This document shows, in pieces, positions 40,020-50,611 of a stretch of 64,000 bases of DNA (position 1 is the first letter of the stretch; every line of letters starts with the position of its first letter). Made by a program: the position numbers and the translations under genes. Source of the stretch: Myxococcota bacterium (GTDB taxonomy: Bacteria > Myxococcota_A > UBA9160 > UBA6930). Below the pieces are notes generated by a model, which saw only the letters and a list, made by a program, of their open reading frames with translations, searched no databases and was not told the origin of the DNA. The DNA lies in assembly GCA_965223415.1 (NCBI GenBank), contig OZ245002.1:96001-160000 (forward strand). Direction: 5' to 3'.

Positions 40020-40093
40020 TCCCCGGTCGTCTAACGGCAGGACAACAGGCTCTGAACCTGTGAATCGTGGTTCGAATCCACGCCGGGGATCCA
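40020..40093 (+). tRNA. tRNA-Gln (CTG)
   Basis: TCCCCGG/CCGGGGA acceptor stem, ACAGG-CTCTGAA-CCTGT anticodon arm, GGTTCGAATCC, encoded CCA. Confidence 0.96.
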
Positions 40094-40130
40094 GCGCGAC
40101 GAGCGCTCGCGGCCGGCCCCGAGAAGGGCC

Positions 40131-42230
40131 TCAGGGGGCTCCCGCCCGCCCGCTCTCCTCGAGCACCCGGGCCAGGTTGAGCTGGGCCAGGCGGTCGTCC
40201 GGATGGCGGGCGAGCAGCCCCCGGAAGATCGCCTCGGCCTGGGCGTGGTCTCCCCGGGCGGCCAGTGCGATTCCCAGGCGGTTCACGAGACCGGGCTGCT
40301 GCGCCGCGGCGCCGGCCCGGCGCCGGTGCGCCTCCGAGGCCTCCCGGTCGCCCCGCCGCGCGTGCTGGATGGCCATGCGCATGTGCAATCGCTCCGAGTG
40401 CGGATCCTGCTCGAGGCCGCGCTCGTAGCAGGCGAGCGCCCGATCGAACTCGCCCAGCCCTTCCCAGGTCTCCCCGACCTGCTCCAGGATCGAGGGCCCG
40501 CCCCCCGCCAGCTCGACGGCGCGCTCGGCGTGGGCCTCGATCTCTTCGAGGGGGCTGCCCAGGGCGCCCTTCCACATGGCACCGAGTTGGGCGCCGAAGT
40601 GGTCGGGATCGCGGGCGATGCCGGTCTCGAAGGCGGCCGCCGCCTCCGCCAGGCGTCCGGCGCGACGCAAGGCGCGTCCGCGCATCGCGTGGTACTCGGC
40701 GTTCGCGTCGTGGAGGCGGACGAGGGCGCCGGTGTGGGCGAGTGCCGCTTCGGTCCGCCCGGTCGCGAGACCGATGCGGGCCAGGATCTCGTGCATCCGG
40801 ACGCTGTCGGGGAACGCGGCGAGCACCTCGCTGGCGTGCCGCTCGGCCTCGTCGAAGCGGTGGCCGAAGTAGGCGGTCGAGGCGGTGCTGGAGAGCTCGA
40901 TCCAGCGCTGGCCGTCCTTCGGGTTCATGCCGGTGCGCTCCGGCGGCTCCGGCGTCACGAGGTAGCCGAGGGCCTGGATGCGCTGGGCCGTCTCCGCGTC
41001 CAGCTCGACGCGGGCGCGCGGGATCGCCTTCGCCTGGACGGCCTCGATGCGCCGGGCGAGCCGCTCGCGCGCGGCGCCGGCTTCCGCGCTCGGCTTGCCC
41101 GCGAGGAGGTCCCGGGCCTGCCGGGGATCGGACCGGACATCGTAGAGCTCGGGCCGTGGCCCGTGGATGTAGGCGAAGCCTTCGCCCCGGGCCGCTGATA
41201 GAGGCGCCCAGCCGAAGTCGAGCTCCGGCGCGAGCGTCTCGGCATAGAGCGGCGACGGCGGGGAGCCCGCCTCCGCGAGCAGGGACGCCGCCGCCGCCGC
41301 GTGGAGCGGCGGAGCCTCGGCGAGGCCCGCGAGCGTCGCGGCCAGGGCGGTCGTCGAGACCGGCCGGTCCCGGCGGGCGCCTGCCGCCACGCCGGGCCCG
41401 CGGAGCAGGAGCGGCACCCGGAGCACGCTGTCGTAGAGGAAGTAGCCGTGGGTCGACTCGCCGTGCTCGCCGAGCCCCTCGCCGTGGTCCGAGGTGAGGG
41501 CCACGACGGTGCGGTCCCAACGCCCGCGCGCCCGCAGGGTCTCGAGCAGGCGGCCGATCTCGGCGTCGGTGTAGGCGATCTCGCCGGCGTAGGGCGCCTC
41601 GGCGAAGCGCGCCGCCCAGGGGGCCGGCGGCCGATAGTCCGCGTGCGGGTCGTAGTAGTGCACCCAGAGGAAGAACGGGCGATCGGTCTCCGCGATCCAA
41701 CGCAGCGCGCGATCCGTGACATCGGCCGCCCTGCGCTCCTGGAAGCCGCTGCCGCCCGAGCGCTGCTCGCCGAAGTGATCGTCGTAGTGGTCGAAGCCCT
41801 GGCGCAGGCCGAACTGGGAGGCGAGCACGAAGGCCCCGACCACCGCGCCGGTCGTCCACCCGCCCTCCTGGAGGGCTTCGGCGAGGGTACGCGCCTCGCC
41901 TCCCAGCTGGAACACCGCGTTGTGTCGCACGCCGTGCCGGGGCGGCTCGAGGCCGGTCAGCATCGACGCATGAGCCGGAAGGGTGAGCGGCGCCGGCGTG
42001 AAGACGCGCTCGAAGAGCGTGCCCTCGCCGGCCAGTCGGTCGATGGCGGGCGTCGCGCCGAGCTGCGCCCCGTACGCGCCCACGTGGTCGGCGCGCAGCG
42101 TGTCGACGGTGATCAGCACCAGGTCCGGCGCGTCCGCCGGCGGAGCGGGCCGGGCCGGTGCCGCCGCGGGATCCACGCGCACCTCCCCGCAGGCGAGTAC
42201 CAGGAGCAGCCAGGGCGCGAGCCATCGCAT
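40131..42230 (-). CDS. Sulfatase-like (alkaline phosphatase superfamily) lipoprotein with C-terminal TPRs, paralogue 1
   Basis: LVLAC lipobox, DTLRADH, PLTLPAH, HYYDPH, SDHGE, QALGY, TPRs. Confidence 0.88.
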   Translation of the reverse strand: MRWLAPWLLLVLACGEVRVDPAAAPARPAPPADAPDLVLITVDTLRADHVGAYGAQLGATPAIDRLAGEGTLFERVFTPAPLTLPAHASMLTGLEPPRHGVRHNAVFQLGGEARTLAEALQEGGWTTGAVVGAFVLASQFGLRQGFDHYDDHFGEQRSGGSGFQERRAADVTDRALRWIAETDRPFFLWVHYYDPHADYRPPAPWAARFAEAPYAGEIAYTDAEIGRLLETLRARGRWDRTVVALTSDHGEGLGEHGESTHGYFLYDSVLRVPLLLRGPGVAAGARRDRPVSTTALAATLAGLAEAPPLHAAAAASLLAEAGSPPSPLYAETLAPELDFGWAPLSAARGEGFAYIHGPRPELYDVRSDPRQARDLLAGKPSAEAGAARERLARRIEAVQAKAIPRARVELDAETAQRIQALGYLVTPEPPERTGMNPKDGQRWIELSSTASTAYFGHRFDEAERHASEVLAAFPDSVRMHEILARIGLATGRTEAALAHTGALVRLHDANAEYHAMRGRALRRAGRLAEAAAAFETGIARDPDHFGAQLGAMWKGALGSPLEEIEAHAERAVELAGGGPSILEQVGETWEGLGEFDRALACYERGLEQDPHSERLHMRMAIQHARRGDREASEAHRRRAGAAAQQPGLVNRLGIALAARGDHAQAEAIFRGLLARHPDDRLAQLNLARVLEESGRAGAP

Positions 42231-42238
42231 GGAGAGCG

Positions 42239-42266
42239 AATCGGCCGGTCCGTCGCCCGGGTTGAT
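42239..42266 (-). promoter_or_regulatory. sigma28-like promoter, site D
   Basis: ATCAAC-N15-GCCGATT, about 8 nt from the ATG. Confidence 0.52.
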
Positions 42267-42300
42267 CGCTGTCTTGCCTGCCGTGGATCCGGGGCGCGCC

Positions 42301-43137
42301 CTAGCGGCGAGCCGTGACGACCCAGCAGCCGGAGCCGAGCTGCACCGAGCCGCCTCCCCCCGCCACGTCGAAAGCGCTACGGACCGCACTCTCCACTTTG
42401 GCCCGCGTAGCCGGCTCGGCCCCGCTCTCGCGGAGGGCGGCCGCCACCGGCCCCACCTGCAGGAACATGGCGACCGCGTCGTCGAGGTCGCCGCCCCCGG
42501 GCGCCATGGCGACGTCCTCCGGACGCACGACGACCTCGCCGAAGCCCGCGCCCTCGAGGATGCCGCGCACCCGCTCGCCGTCGGCGAAGGAGAGCATGCC
42601 CGGAGCGCCCGGCGGCGGAGGCGGCGGCAGCTCCAGCAGGGGCGCCGCGGCCGCCATCGGCACGGTGATCCAGGGGTTGTCCTGGGGGCCGCGCCAGCAG
42701 ACGAAGGCCAGCCGGCCGCCGGGCCGCAAGGCGCGGTGGAAGTTCGCGAAGGCAGTGTCCGGATCCTCGAAGAACATCACGCCGAAGCGCGAGAACACCG
42801 CATCGAAGCTCTCCGGCTCGATGGTGACGACGGCTGCGTCGCCCACCTCCAACGTCACGTTGGCGGCGCCGTCTTCCCCGACCCGTTGGCGCGCGCGAGC
42901 GAGCATGGGCGCCGAGACGTCGAGCCCGTGCACGCGCCCCTCGGACCCGACCCGCGAGGCGAGGGCGAGGACGGTGTCGCCGCAGCCACAGCCCACGTCG
43001 AGCACCGCCTCGCCGGGCTTCGGGGCCAGGGCCTCGAGGGCGAGGCGGCCGTGGGGCTCGATCTGGCGGTCGAGCCGCTCCTGCCAGGTGACCCAGATCT
43101 CGCCATGGGCGTTCCAGAACTCGGCCTGCGTGGTCAT
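42301..43137 (-). CDS. Class I SAM-dependent methyltransferase
   Basis: VLDVGCGCG, GLDVS, GDA, FSRFGVMFF, LRPGGRL. Confidence 0.92.
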   Translation of the reverse strand: MTTQAEFWNAHGEIWVTWQERLDRQIEPHGRLALEALAPKPGEAVLDVGCGCGDTVLALASRVGSEGRVHGLDVSAPMLARARQRVGEDGAANVTLEVGDAAVVTIEPESFDAVFSRFGVMFFEDPDTAFANFHRALRPGGRLAFVCWRGPQDNPWITVPMAAAAPLLELPPPPPPGAPGMLSFADGERVRGILEGAGFGEVVVRPEDVAMAPGGGDLDDAVAMFLQVGPVAAALRESGAEPATRAKVESAVRSAFDVAGGGGSVQLGSGCWVVTARR

Positions 43138-43163
43138 GGCCGCGAGCGTAGCGCGCGCGGCGA

Positions 43164-44813
43164 CTAGCCTCGGGGGCCAGGGCCCTGCGCGGACTTCGCC
43201 GCCGCATGGGCGGGATCGAGCCGGAGCGCTTCGGCGAACGCCGCCGTCGCCCGCGCTTCGTCTCCCAGCCGGCGAGCGCTCTCGCCGAGCCAGTAGTGGG
43301 CGTCGGCCCAGTGAGGCGAGAGCCGCACGGCGGCCTCCGCCTGGGGCAGGGCGGCGCGGGGGTCATCGGCGGCGAGGAGGGCCCGGACGTAGACGATGCG
43401 AGGGCGCGCCGAGCTCGGAAGCAGCTTCACCGAGGCATCGCCTTCCCGTCGCGCGGTCTCCACGTCGTCACGATCCAGGGCTTCCTTGGCGCGGATGTAG
43501 GCGGAGAGCGCGCGGACCCCGTCCTTCGGGTCGACGCCGGTCGCTTGGGGAGCGCGTTCGGGAATCACGTAGCCGAGGGAGCGCAGGCGTTCCCGGGTCT
43601 CGGGGTCGAGATCGCCCTGCTTCGCCGGGCGGCCGCCGCCTCGTGTCGCGACAACGAAGTCGGCGAGCGTGCTCGCCAGCTGCGTGTGGTCGGGCTCCGG
43701 ATCCTCCAGGAGGTTCCGCTGCTGGGCGGCGTCAGCGTAGAGCTCGGGGCGCGGCGCGTCCACGTAGAGATGGGTGCGGGAACGGGCCGCGTAGAGCGGT
43801 GCCCAGCCGAAGTCGAGCTGGGTCGCCAGGGTCTCGGCGTAGACGGCGTGAGGCTCCTCTCCGGCCGCGAGCAGATCGACTCCCCGCGCACTCGCGAGGG
43901 AGCCCGTGCCGAGCCGTCCGAGCAGCGTCGGCGCCACGTCGGCGAGGCTCCCGAGCCGCTCGGACACCTCGCCCTTGGGCACACCGGGCCCGGCCAGGAT
44001 CAACGGCACGTGCTGGGTCGCGTCGTACAGGGTGAGGGCGTGGCTCTTCTCGCCGTGCTCCCCGAGGCTCTCGCCGTGATCCGCCGTGACGGCGACCAGC
44101 GTCCGCGCCGACAGCTCCCGGGCACGCAGGTGGTCGAGCAGGCGTCCGACGGCCGCGTCCGTCGCAGCCACCTCGCCGAGGTAGGGCTCGTCGCGAAACG
44201 ACTCGGCCCACGGAGCCGGCGGCTCGTAGGGCGCGTGGGGGTCGAAGTAGTGGACCCACAGGAAGAAGGGCGCCTCTTCGTCCCGTTGCGCCTCGAGCCA
44301 GGCCAGGGCGCGCCCGGTCGTCACCGAGGCGGGCCGCTCCGCATAGAGCGCGCCGCGGTTGTCCCCGCCCGGCTCGTCGTACACGCCGAAGCCCTGGGCG
44401 ATGCCGAAGCGCGCCTCGAGCACCGCGGCACTGACGAAGGCAGCGCTGGTGTAGCCGTCGGCGCTGAGGCGCTCGGCCAGGGTCTCCACCGCGGCAGGCA
44501 GGACGAAGGCGCCGTTGTTGCGCACGCCGTGCTCGGGCGGAAGCAGGCCGGTCATGATCGTGCTGTGGGCGGGCATGGTCAGCGGAGCGGGGGAGTACAC
44601 CCGCGTGAAGCGGGTACCGTCCCGGGCCAGCCCGTCGAGCACCGGTGTCGGATGACCGGCCCCATAGCTCCCGAGCGCGTCGGCGCGGAGCGTATCGATG
44701 GTGACCAGCAGCAGGTTCGACGGAAGGTCGTCGGGCCGGACCTCGACGCGACCGCAGGCCGCTGGCGCAAGCGAGAGGAGGACGACCAGGAGCTGGATGG
44801 TGCGGTGCCGCAT
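43164..44813 (-). CDS. Sulfatase-like lipoprotein with C-terminal TPRs, paralogue 2
   Basis: PAAC lipobox-like, DTLRAD, PLTMPAH, HYFDPH, ADHGE, RSLGY, short TPR tail. Confidence 0.87.
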   Translation of the reverse strand: MRHRTIQLLVVLLSLAPAACGRVEVRPDDLPSNLLLVTIDTLRADALGSYGAGHPTPVLDGLARDGTRFTRVYSPAPLTMPAHSTIMTGLLPPEHGVRNNGAFVLPAAVETLAERLSADGYTSAAFVSAAVLEARFGIAQGFGVYDEPGGDNRGALYAERPASVTTGRALAWLEAQRDEEAPFFLWVHYFDPHAPYEPPAPWAESFRDEPYLGEVAATDAAVGRLLDHLRARELSARTLVAVTADHGESLGEHGEKSHALTLYDATQHVPLILAGPGVPKGEVSERLGSLADVAPTLLGRLGTGSLASARGVDLLAAGEEPHAVYAETLATQLDFGWAPLYAARSRTHLYVDAPRPELYADAAQQRNLLEDPEPDHTQLASTLADFVVATRGGGRPAKQGDLDPETRERLRSLGYVIPERAPQATGVDPKDGVRALSAYIRAKEALDRDDVETARREGDASVKLLPSSARPRIVYVRALLAADDPRAALPQAEAAVRLSPHWADAHYWLGESARRLGDEARATAAFAEALRLDPAHAAAKSAQGPGPRG

Positions 44814-44828
44814 CGGCCTGCCTGCCCT

Positions 44829-44855
44829 CATCGGCGGGCCGCGACCGGCCTTGAG
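44829..44855 (-). promoter_or_regulatory. sigma28-like promoter, site E
   Basis: CTCAAG-N14-GCCGATG. Confidence 0.62.
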
Positions 44856-44871
44856 GTCGGGCGCGCTGCCC

Positions 44872-46977
44872 TCACGAGGCCCCTTCCCTCTCGACCCGCG
44901 CGAGGAGCGCCCGGGCTCCCTGGTGGCCCGGGTCCTTCTCCACCACCGAGCGGAGCACGCTCGCAGCGCGGTCGTATTCGGCCCGCGCCGCGTAGACCAT
45001 GGCGAGGCGAACCGCGAGGTCCGGGGCCTGGGCCTCGTCCGCGGCCGCCCGGGCATGGCGGGCGCTGGGAGCGGCGTCGCCCAGGCGCGCGTACTGGATG
45101 GCGAGCCGCATCTGGAGTCGCCCGTAGTCCGGGAAAGCCTCGGCGGCGCGACGATAGACCTCGAGGGCGCGCTCGTAGTCCCCTGTTCGCTCCCAGTATT
45201 CGCCGGCAAGCTCGTGGGCGTCGCCTCCCGCGGCGGGCAGCTCGACGATGCGGGCGGCCAGCGTCCCGGCCCGAGCGGCGTCCTGATGCATCAGCAGCCG
45301 GAGCGCCCCCGCGTGGGCGGCGGGGCTCTCGGGATCGCGCTCGATCGCCGCCTCGAAGGCCGCCAGCGCGGCGCCCGGATCCCGGCGCGCCTCGTGCACC
45401 TCGGCCAGGAACAGCCAGGGCTGGGCCCGATCCCCTGCGACCTCGGTGGCGCGCCGGGCCGGCGCCAGGGCCAGGTCCGGCTGCTCCGCGGCCAGGTGGA
45501 TTCGCGCGCGCAGGTCGAGCATGCGCGCGCTGTCGGGGAACCTCTCGAGCACCCGCCCGACCTTCTCCAGGGCCGAGTCGAGCCGGCCGTTCTGGAACTC
45601 GGCAGCGGCCTCCCAGCCCAGGCGCGCCCAGGGGAAGGCCTCCCGCGGGCTCGGGCCCGCCTGGGCGGCCTCGCGGGGCGGGGCGTCGGGCACCACGTAG
45701 CCCAGGGCTTCGACCTGGGCGCGGCGCGCGTCCGAGACCGGCGAGGGGCGCAGGGCCCGTTCGCGCTCCAGCACCCGGTCGAGGCGTGCGGCCGCGGCCT
45801 CGGCGAGCGAGCTCGCCTCGGGATCGTCGCCCGTGGCGAAGAGGTCGTGCAGCTGACCGGGATCCTCGGCCACGTCGTACAGCTCCGGATCCGGAGCCTG
45901 GATGTAGTGGTGGCTATCGCTCCGGATCGCGTAGGAGGCGCTCCAGCCGTGGTCGAGCCAGGGCGCCAGGGATTCCGCGTAGGCCCATCCCGTTTCACCG
46001 GGCTGCCCGCCCTTCACGACCGACGAGAGATCCGGCACGTCGGTCTCGGCGAGCCCGGGGACGCCGGCCAGCGCGAGCAGGGTCGGCGCGATGCTGGCGT
46101 TCGAGACCACCGGAGCCACACGCCCCGGACGAGCGCCCGGTCCGGCCACGACCCACGGAACGAGCAGGTCGGCGTCGTAGACCAGATAGCTGTGGCCGGG
46201 CTCGCCGTGCTCCCCCAGGCCTTCACCGTGGTCGGAGGTGACCGAGATCCAGACGTCGTCGCCCCCCGGACGCTCGCCCACCGCGGCCAGCAGGCGCCCG
46301 AGCTGGTGATCCACGAAGGCGATCTCACCGGAGTACGGATCGTCGCCGAAGCGCGCGTCGAAGGGAGGGGGCGGCTGGTAGGCGACGTGGGGATCGTAGT
46401 AGTGCACCCAGAGGAAGAAGGGCCCGTCGGTCCCCTCCAGCCACTCGAGGGCGCGATCGGTCACCTCGTCCGCTCGCCGCTCCGGGAAGCCGATGGAGCT
46501 CGCCGCGTCGGCGAAGCCGGCTTCGTCGTAGCGATCGAATCCGCGATCCAGGCCGAACTCCGACGCCAGGACCGACGCACCGACGACGGCCGCCGTGCTC
46601 CAGCCACGTCCTTGGAGCTCGCTGGCGAGCGTCGGGATCTCGGCGGGAAGCCGGAACACCGCGTTGTGTCGCACGCCGTGACTCGGCGGGTAGCGCCCGG
46701 TCAGGATCGAGGCGTGGGAGGGAAGCGTGAGCGGCGCCGTCGCCACCGCCGCTTCGAAGACCACACCACGAGCGGCGAGCGCGTCCAGGTTCGGCGTCGC
46801 GCCGGTCGTGGCACCGTACGCACCGACGTGGTCGGCGCGCAGGGTGTCGATCGTGACGAGCAGGAACGACGGGGGGACCGGCCCGGATCCGCCGATGGGG
46901 CCCGAGTCACACGCCCCGAGAGCCAGCGAGGCCGCGACGAGGACCACCCATCGATGCTTCGATCCACCCGGTTGCAT
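44872..46977 (-). CDS. Sulfatase-like lipoprotein with C-terminal TPRs, paralogue 3
   Basis: LGAC lipobox, DTLRADH, PLTLPSH, HYYDPH, SDHGE, EALGY, TPRs. Confidence 0.88.
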   Translation of the reverse strand: MQPGGSKHRWVVLVAASLALGACDSGPIGGSGPVPPSFLLVTIDTLRADHVGAYGATTGATPNLDALAARGVVFEAAVATAPLTLPSHASILTGRYPPSHGVRHNAVFRLPAEIPTLASELQGRGWSTAAVVGASVLASEFGLDRGFDRYDEAGFADAASSIGFPERRADEVTDRALEWLEGTDGPFFLWVHYYDPHVAYQPPPPFDARFGDDPYSGEIAFVDHQLGRLLAAVGERPGGDDVWISVTSDHGEGLGEHGEPGHSYLVYDADLLVPWVVAGPGARPGRVAPVVSNASIAPTLLALAGVPGLAETDVPDLSSVVKGGQPGETGWAYAESLAPWLDHGWSASYAIRSDSHHYIQAPDPELYDVAEDPGQLHDLFATGDDPEASSLAEAAAARLDRVLERERALRPSPVSDARRAQVEALGYVVPDAPPREAAQAGPSPREAFPWARLGWEAAAEFQNGRLDSALEKVGRVLERFPDSARMLDLRARIHLAAEQPDLALAPARRATEVAGDRAQPWLFLAEVHEARRDPGAALAAFEAAIERDPESPAAHAGALRLLMHQDAARAGTLAARIVELPAAGGDAHELAGEYWERTGDYERALEVYRRAAEAFPDYGRLQMRLAIQYARLGDAAPSARHARAAADEAQAPDLAVRLAMVYAARAEYDRAASVLRSVVEKDPGHQGARALLARVEREGAS

Positions 46978-46986
46978 CCAAGACGG

Positions 46987-47014
46987 GATCGGCCTCCCGC
47001 CCCTTCGAGTTGAA
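46987..47014 (-). promoter_or_regulatory. sigma28-like promoter, site F
   Basis: TTCAAC-N15-GCCGATC. Confidence 0.55.
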
Positions 47015-47026
47015 TGCGGGCCGGGC

Positions 47027-47893
47027 CTAGGGGAGCAGTCCCACGAACCAGACCGGCGGTGCCAGCACCACGGCGAGGGCCGCCAGGACGATCGCCGGGC
47101 CGAAGCCGAAGGGGACGTCCGCCGCCCGCCGCATCACGGCTGCGACGCCGCCCCAGACCAGCCCGACCAGCGCGGCGCCGATGATCGTCAGGACCACACC
47201 CGCCGGGCCCACGCCGGCGCCGACCAGCGCCATGAGCTTGACGTCGCCGAAGCCGAGGCCCGGGAACCAGGTCCAGTAGTCGACGCTGCCGAGGACGGGA
47301 AAGTCCTCTCCCTCGTCGGGCCAGTGGGGAAAGCGCCGCCCCATCGCCGCCGAGACCCGCGCGTGGCCGAAGCCGACGATCCACAGGAAGCCCGCACCGA
47401 TCGCCGCCCCGAGGAGCGAATCCGCGAGGGCCGCGAGGTAGGGCGCGCCGGCGAGGGCCGTGGCTGCCGGCACCGCCGCGAGCGCGAACAGGGCACCGCC
47501 GAGGGACAGGCCGTCGGGAATGAACTGGTGGTCGAAGTCGATCAGTGCCGCCGCGACGAGGATGGCGGCGATCACCAACCACACCGGGAGCAGAGGTGTC
47601 GGCCCCAGCCGCAGAGCGAGGGTCGCGAAGAGCAGACCCGTTGCCAGCTCCACCAGCGGGTAGCGGGCCGAGATCCCCCGGCCGCAGTGCCGGCAGCGGC
47701 CCCGCAGGATCAGGTAGGAGAGCACGGGAACGTTGTCCCAGGCGGCGATCGTTCGCCGGCAGCCCGGGCAGCGTGAACGGGGGGTGACCACCGACTCCTC
47801 GAGGGGAACCCGGTGGATCACGACGTTCAGGAAGGAGCCCACGATCAGCCCCAGCACGAAGGCGCCGAGCGCGAGGAGGTGGAGAAGCGTCAC
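47027..47893 (-). CDS. pilD: Prepilin peptidase
   Basis: [35 protein letters not shown]. Confidence 0.95.
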   Translation of the reverse strand: MTLLHLLALGAFVLGLIVGSFLNVVIHRVPLEESVVTPRSRCPGCRRTIAAWDNVPVLSYLILRGRCRHCGRGISARYPLVELATGLLFATLALRLGPTPLLPVWLVIAAILVAAALIDFDHQFIPDGLSLGGALFALAAVPAATALAGAPYLAALADSLLGAAIGAGFLWIVGFGHARVSAAMGRRFPHWPDEGEDFPVLGSVDYWTWFPGLGFGDVKLMALVGAGVGPAGVVLTIIGAALVGLVWGGVAAVMRRAADVPFGFGPAIVLAALAVVLAPPVWFVGLLP

Positions 47894-47918
47894 GGAGTTC
47901 CAGGTGCCGGGCGCCGGG

Positions 47919-48698
47919 TCAGCGGAAATCGCGGCGTTCGAAGACCAGCACCGCGATGGTCAGGAACGCAACGCACCAGGCGGCTCCCATGACGGTAGCG
48001 AAGGCCACGTCGGAAGCCGCGATCGGCAGGCCGTGCACGGCCTCGATGGTCCAGTTGAACGACTCGAGATCCGGAAGCAGGCGGTGCAGCCACAACGTCG
48101 CTTCCCTCACGAGCTCGGAGCCCGAGGCATCGCCGATCGCGCGGAGGTCCCGGGTCATGTGCCCGATCAGGTAGAAGCCCACGCTGTAGCAGCTGGCCAG
48201 GAAGGGCGTGGCGAAGCACGAGAAGAGCGTGGCGATGGAGACCAGCACGGCCAGCTCCATGCCGACGGCTCCCAGGGCCACCAGGGTGGAGGAGCCGATC
48301 GGAGCCTCCGTGAGCACGGACACACCGAGGAAGCCCGCGGACATGACGAGGAGCATCAGCCACAGCGTCGCCAGCAGCCCGAGGTACTTGCCGACCAGGA
48401 AGTCCGCCCTGAACACCGGTTTCGAGAGGATGGTGAAGATGGTGCGCCGCTCCACCTCCCGATGGACCAGCCCCACACCGATGAAGACGGCGATCGCCGC
48501 CCCGAACAGCCGGATCGCGGCGAGGCCGACGTCCTGGAGAATGCGCTCCCGTTCGACGTAGGAGAGGCTCGCGAGGAGCACGCTCATGCCGATCAGCAGC
48601 ATCGCGAAGAAGAGCAGGACGTAGAGGACCTTGTTACGCACGGCGTCGCGCACCGTGTGGCGAGCGATCACCGCGATCCTGGAGAGCCTCACCCTCAT
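47919..48698 (-). CDS. pilI: ABC transporter permease, PilI-like
   Basis: [21 protein letters not shown]; myxobacterial pilA-G-H-I-D order. Confidence 0.8.
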   Translation of the reverse strand: MRVRLSRIAVIARHTVRDAVRNKVLYVLLFFAMLLIGMSVLLASLSYVERERILQDVGLAAIRLFGAAIAVFIGVGLVHREVERRTIFTILSKPVFRADFLVGKYLGLLATLWLMLLVMSAGFLGVSVLTEAPIGSSTLVALGAVGMELAVLVSIATLFSCFATPFLASCYSVGFYLIGHMTRDLRAIGDASGSELVREATLWLHRLLPDLESFNWTIEAVHGLPIAASDVAFATVMGAAWCVAFLTIAVLVFERRDFR

Positions 48699-49636
48699 CG
48701 CTCTCCCTCCCCGATGGCGGCCATGAACAGGTCCTCCAGGCCTCCGCGCAGGGGCATGGCCGAGAGCACGTGGGCGCCGTCGGCGACGATCTCGCCGAGC
48801 ACCTGGTCCACGCGCTTGCTGGCGACCCGCACCTCGATGCGGCCGCCCCGGCCCCGCAGCTCGGCTCCGTGCTCCGTCTCGAGACGCTCTGCGAGCCCGG
48901 CCGAGAGGCCCATCGCGATGATGTCGACCAGCCCGCCGTCGGCCGCACGCAGCTCCTGTGCGCTGGCCTGGTGGACGATGCGACCGCCCACGATGATCGC
49001 GATGCGGTCGCAGATCATCTCGACGTCCGAGAGGATGTGGGTGTTCATGAAGATCGTCTTCCCCTCCTCGTGGAGGTGGAGGATCAGGTCGCGGATCTCC
49101 TTGCGGCCCACCGGGTCGAGGCCGCTCATCGGCTCGTCCAGGAACAAAACCTCCGGGTCGTGGACGAGGGCCTGGGCGATGCCGATGCGCTGCAGCATGC
49201 CCTTCGAGTAAGTGCGCAGACGCTGGCCCCCGGCGTGACCCAGACCGATCTGCTCGAGCAGCTCCTGGGTGCGGGCGCGGGCCCGCGCCGGGGAGAGCCC
49301 GCACAGCCTCGAGTAGAACTCCAGGGTCTCGCGCCCGGTCAGGAAGTCATAGAAGTAGGGGCCCTCGGGCAGGAAGCCCACGTGGCGGCGGAACGCGACT
49401 TCCGACACGTCGTGCCCGAGGATCCGCGCGCACCCGCCGGTCGGACGGATCAGACCCATCAGGATCTTGAGCGTCGTGGTCTTCCCGGCGCCATTCGGTC
49501 CGATGAAGCCGAAGATCTCGCCCTTGTGCACCTCCAGGGCAATGCCTTCGAGCACCCGCTTGCGGCGAAGGCCGAAGCCGGGACGGAAGTCCTTCGTCAG
49601 GCCCTCGATCTCGATGATAGGCTGCCCCTCACTCAC
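48695..49636 (-). CDS. pilH: ABC transporter ATPase, PilH-like (myxobacterial nomenclature)
   Basis: [27 protein letters not shown]. Confidence 0.85.
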   Translation of the reverse strand: MSEGQPIIEIEGLTKDFRPGFGLRRKRVLEGIALEVHKGEIFGFIGPNGAGKTTTLKILMGLIRPTGGCARILGHDVSEVAFRRHVGFLPEGPYFYDFLTGRETLEFYSRLCGLSPARARARTQELLEQIGLGHAGGQRLRTYSKGMLQRIGIAQALVHDPEVLFLDEPMSGLDPVGRKEIRDLILHLHEEGKTIFMNTHILSDVEMICDRIAIIVGGRIVHQASAQELRAADGGLVDIIAMGLSAGLAERLETEHGAELRGRGGRIEVRVASKRVDQVLGEIVADGAHVLSAMPLRGGLEDLFMAAIGEGER

Positions 49637-50546
49637 GGTTGCTGTCTTCCCCCCTTGCCTTCATCGCCTCCACACGCTGGCGATTCGTCAGGTCGATCTG
49701 CGGCTCGTAGCGGTGCCCGAGCCTGGCCGAGACGATCACGCCCGCCGCGTCGAGCGCCCAGCCCTCGCCGAACGGCTCGGCGGGGAGCGCCCGCAGCACC
49801 GGCGCCGATCCGGAGGCCAGCTCCTCGACCCGCTCGATGTCCCGGCCGTGGCGTTCCCGGAAGGCGGCGCGAGCGCGGTCCAGCAGGCGGGCCCGACGCT
49901 CCGTCTCGATCTCCTTGAGCGTCCACTCGTAGATCTGGCGGGTGCGGGTATCCGCCTCGTCGGTACCCCGCAGCAGGGTCGCCACGAAGGCCGCCGCTGC
50001 CGCGAGCCCCTCCCGATCGCTGCGCAGGCGGGCCGCAAGGCTTCCCAGGTAGCGGGGAGCGTCTTCGAGGTGGACGGCCCCGGCCAGGATGTCCGCCGCG
50101 CGCTCATTCTCGCCCAGGTAGAAGAAGTGGTTGAAGGCGAGGTAGAAGCGGTTCCGCCACTCGCCCGGATGGGCCTCGATCCCCCGCTCGAGGAGCTCGT
50201 TCGCCTTGCGCACCGCCGCCAGGTCGTCGGTCATCCACAGGGCGGCGAAGCGGTAGGGATGGTCCACCCGGGGGTTGAGGTCGGTCACCAGGTCCACGAG
50301 AGCGCCGATCCGATGGCTCTGCCCGACCGGGCCTCCTCGGCCTCCGCCGAGCTGGACCGCCTGGAGCCAGTAGGCGTCCGCCAGCAGGGCGTCGAAGCCC
50401 GCCGAGAACAGCTTGGCCGTGGTGGCATCGGGGAGGTAGCCCTCACCGCGGTTCGTCCGGGGCTCCGCCGGGAGCTGGGCATGGCTCGCGCCGATGGCCG
50501 TGCCCGCGGCCAACAGCAGGACCAGTCTGGATCCCCAACCCACCAT
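49629..50546 (-). CDS. pilG: PilG-like TPR pilus accessory protein (myxobacterial nomenclature)
   Basis: LADAYWLQAVQ, VTDLNPR, LLERG, LAFNHFFYL; position between pilin and ABC genes. Confidence 0.72.
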   Translation of the reverse strand: MVGWGSRLVLLLAAGTAIGASHAQLPAEPRTNRGEGYLPDATTAKLFSAGFDALLADAYWLQAVQLGGGRGGPVGQSHRIGALVDLVTDLNPRVDHPYRFAALWMTDDLAAVRKANELLERGIEAHPGEWRNRFYLAFNHFFYLGENERAADILAGAVHLEDAPRYLGSLAARLRSDREGLAAAAAFVATLLRGTDEADTRTRQIYEWTLKEIETERRARLLDRARAAFRERHGRDIERVEELASGSAPVLRALPAEPFGEGWALDAAGVIVSARLGHRYEPQIDLTNRQRVEAMKARGEDSNRE

Positions 50547-50579
50547 CCGATGCTCGTCCCCTCCTCCGGTAGGACGCTC

Positions 50580-50606
50580 TATCGGCCAGGCACGGCGCCT
50601 GCTGAA
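50580..50606 (-). promoter_or_regulatory. sigma28-like promoter, site G (pilGHID)
   Basis: TTCAG-N15-GCCGATA. Confidence 0.55.
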
Positions 50607-50611
50607 GGGAC

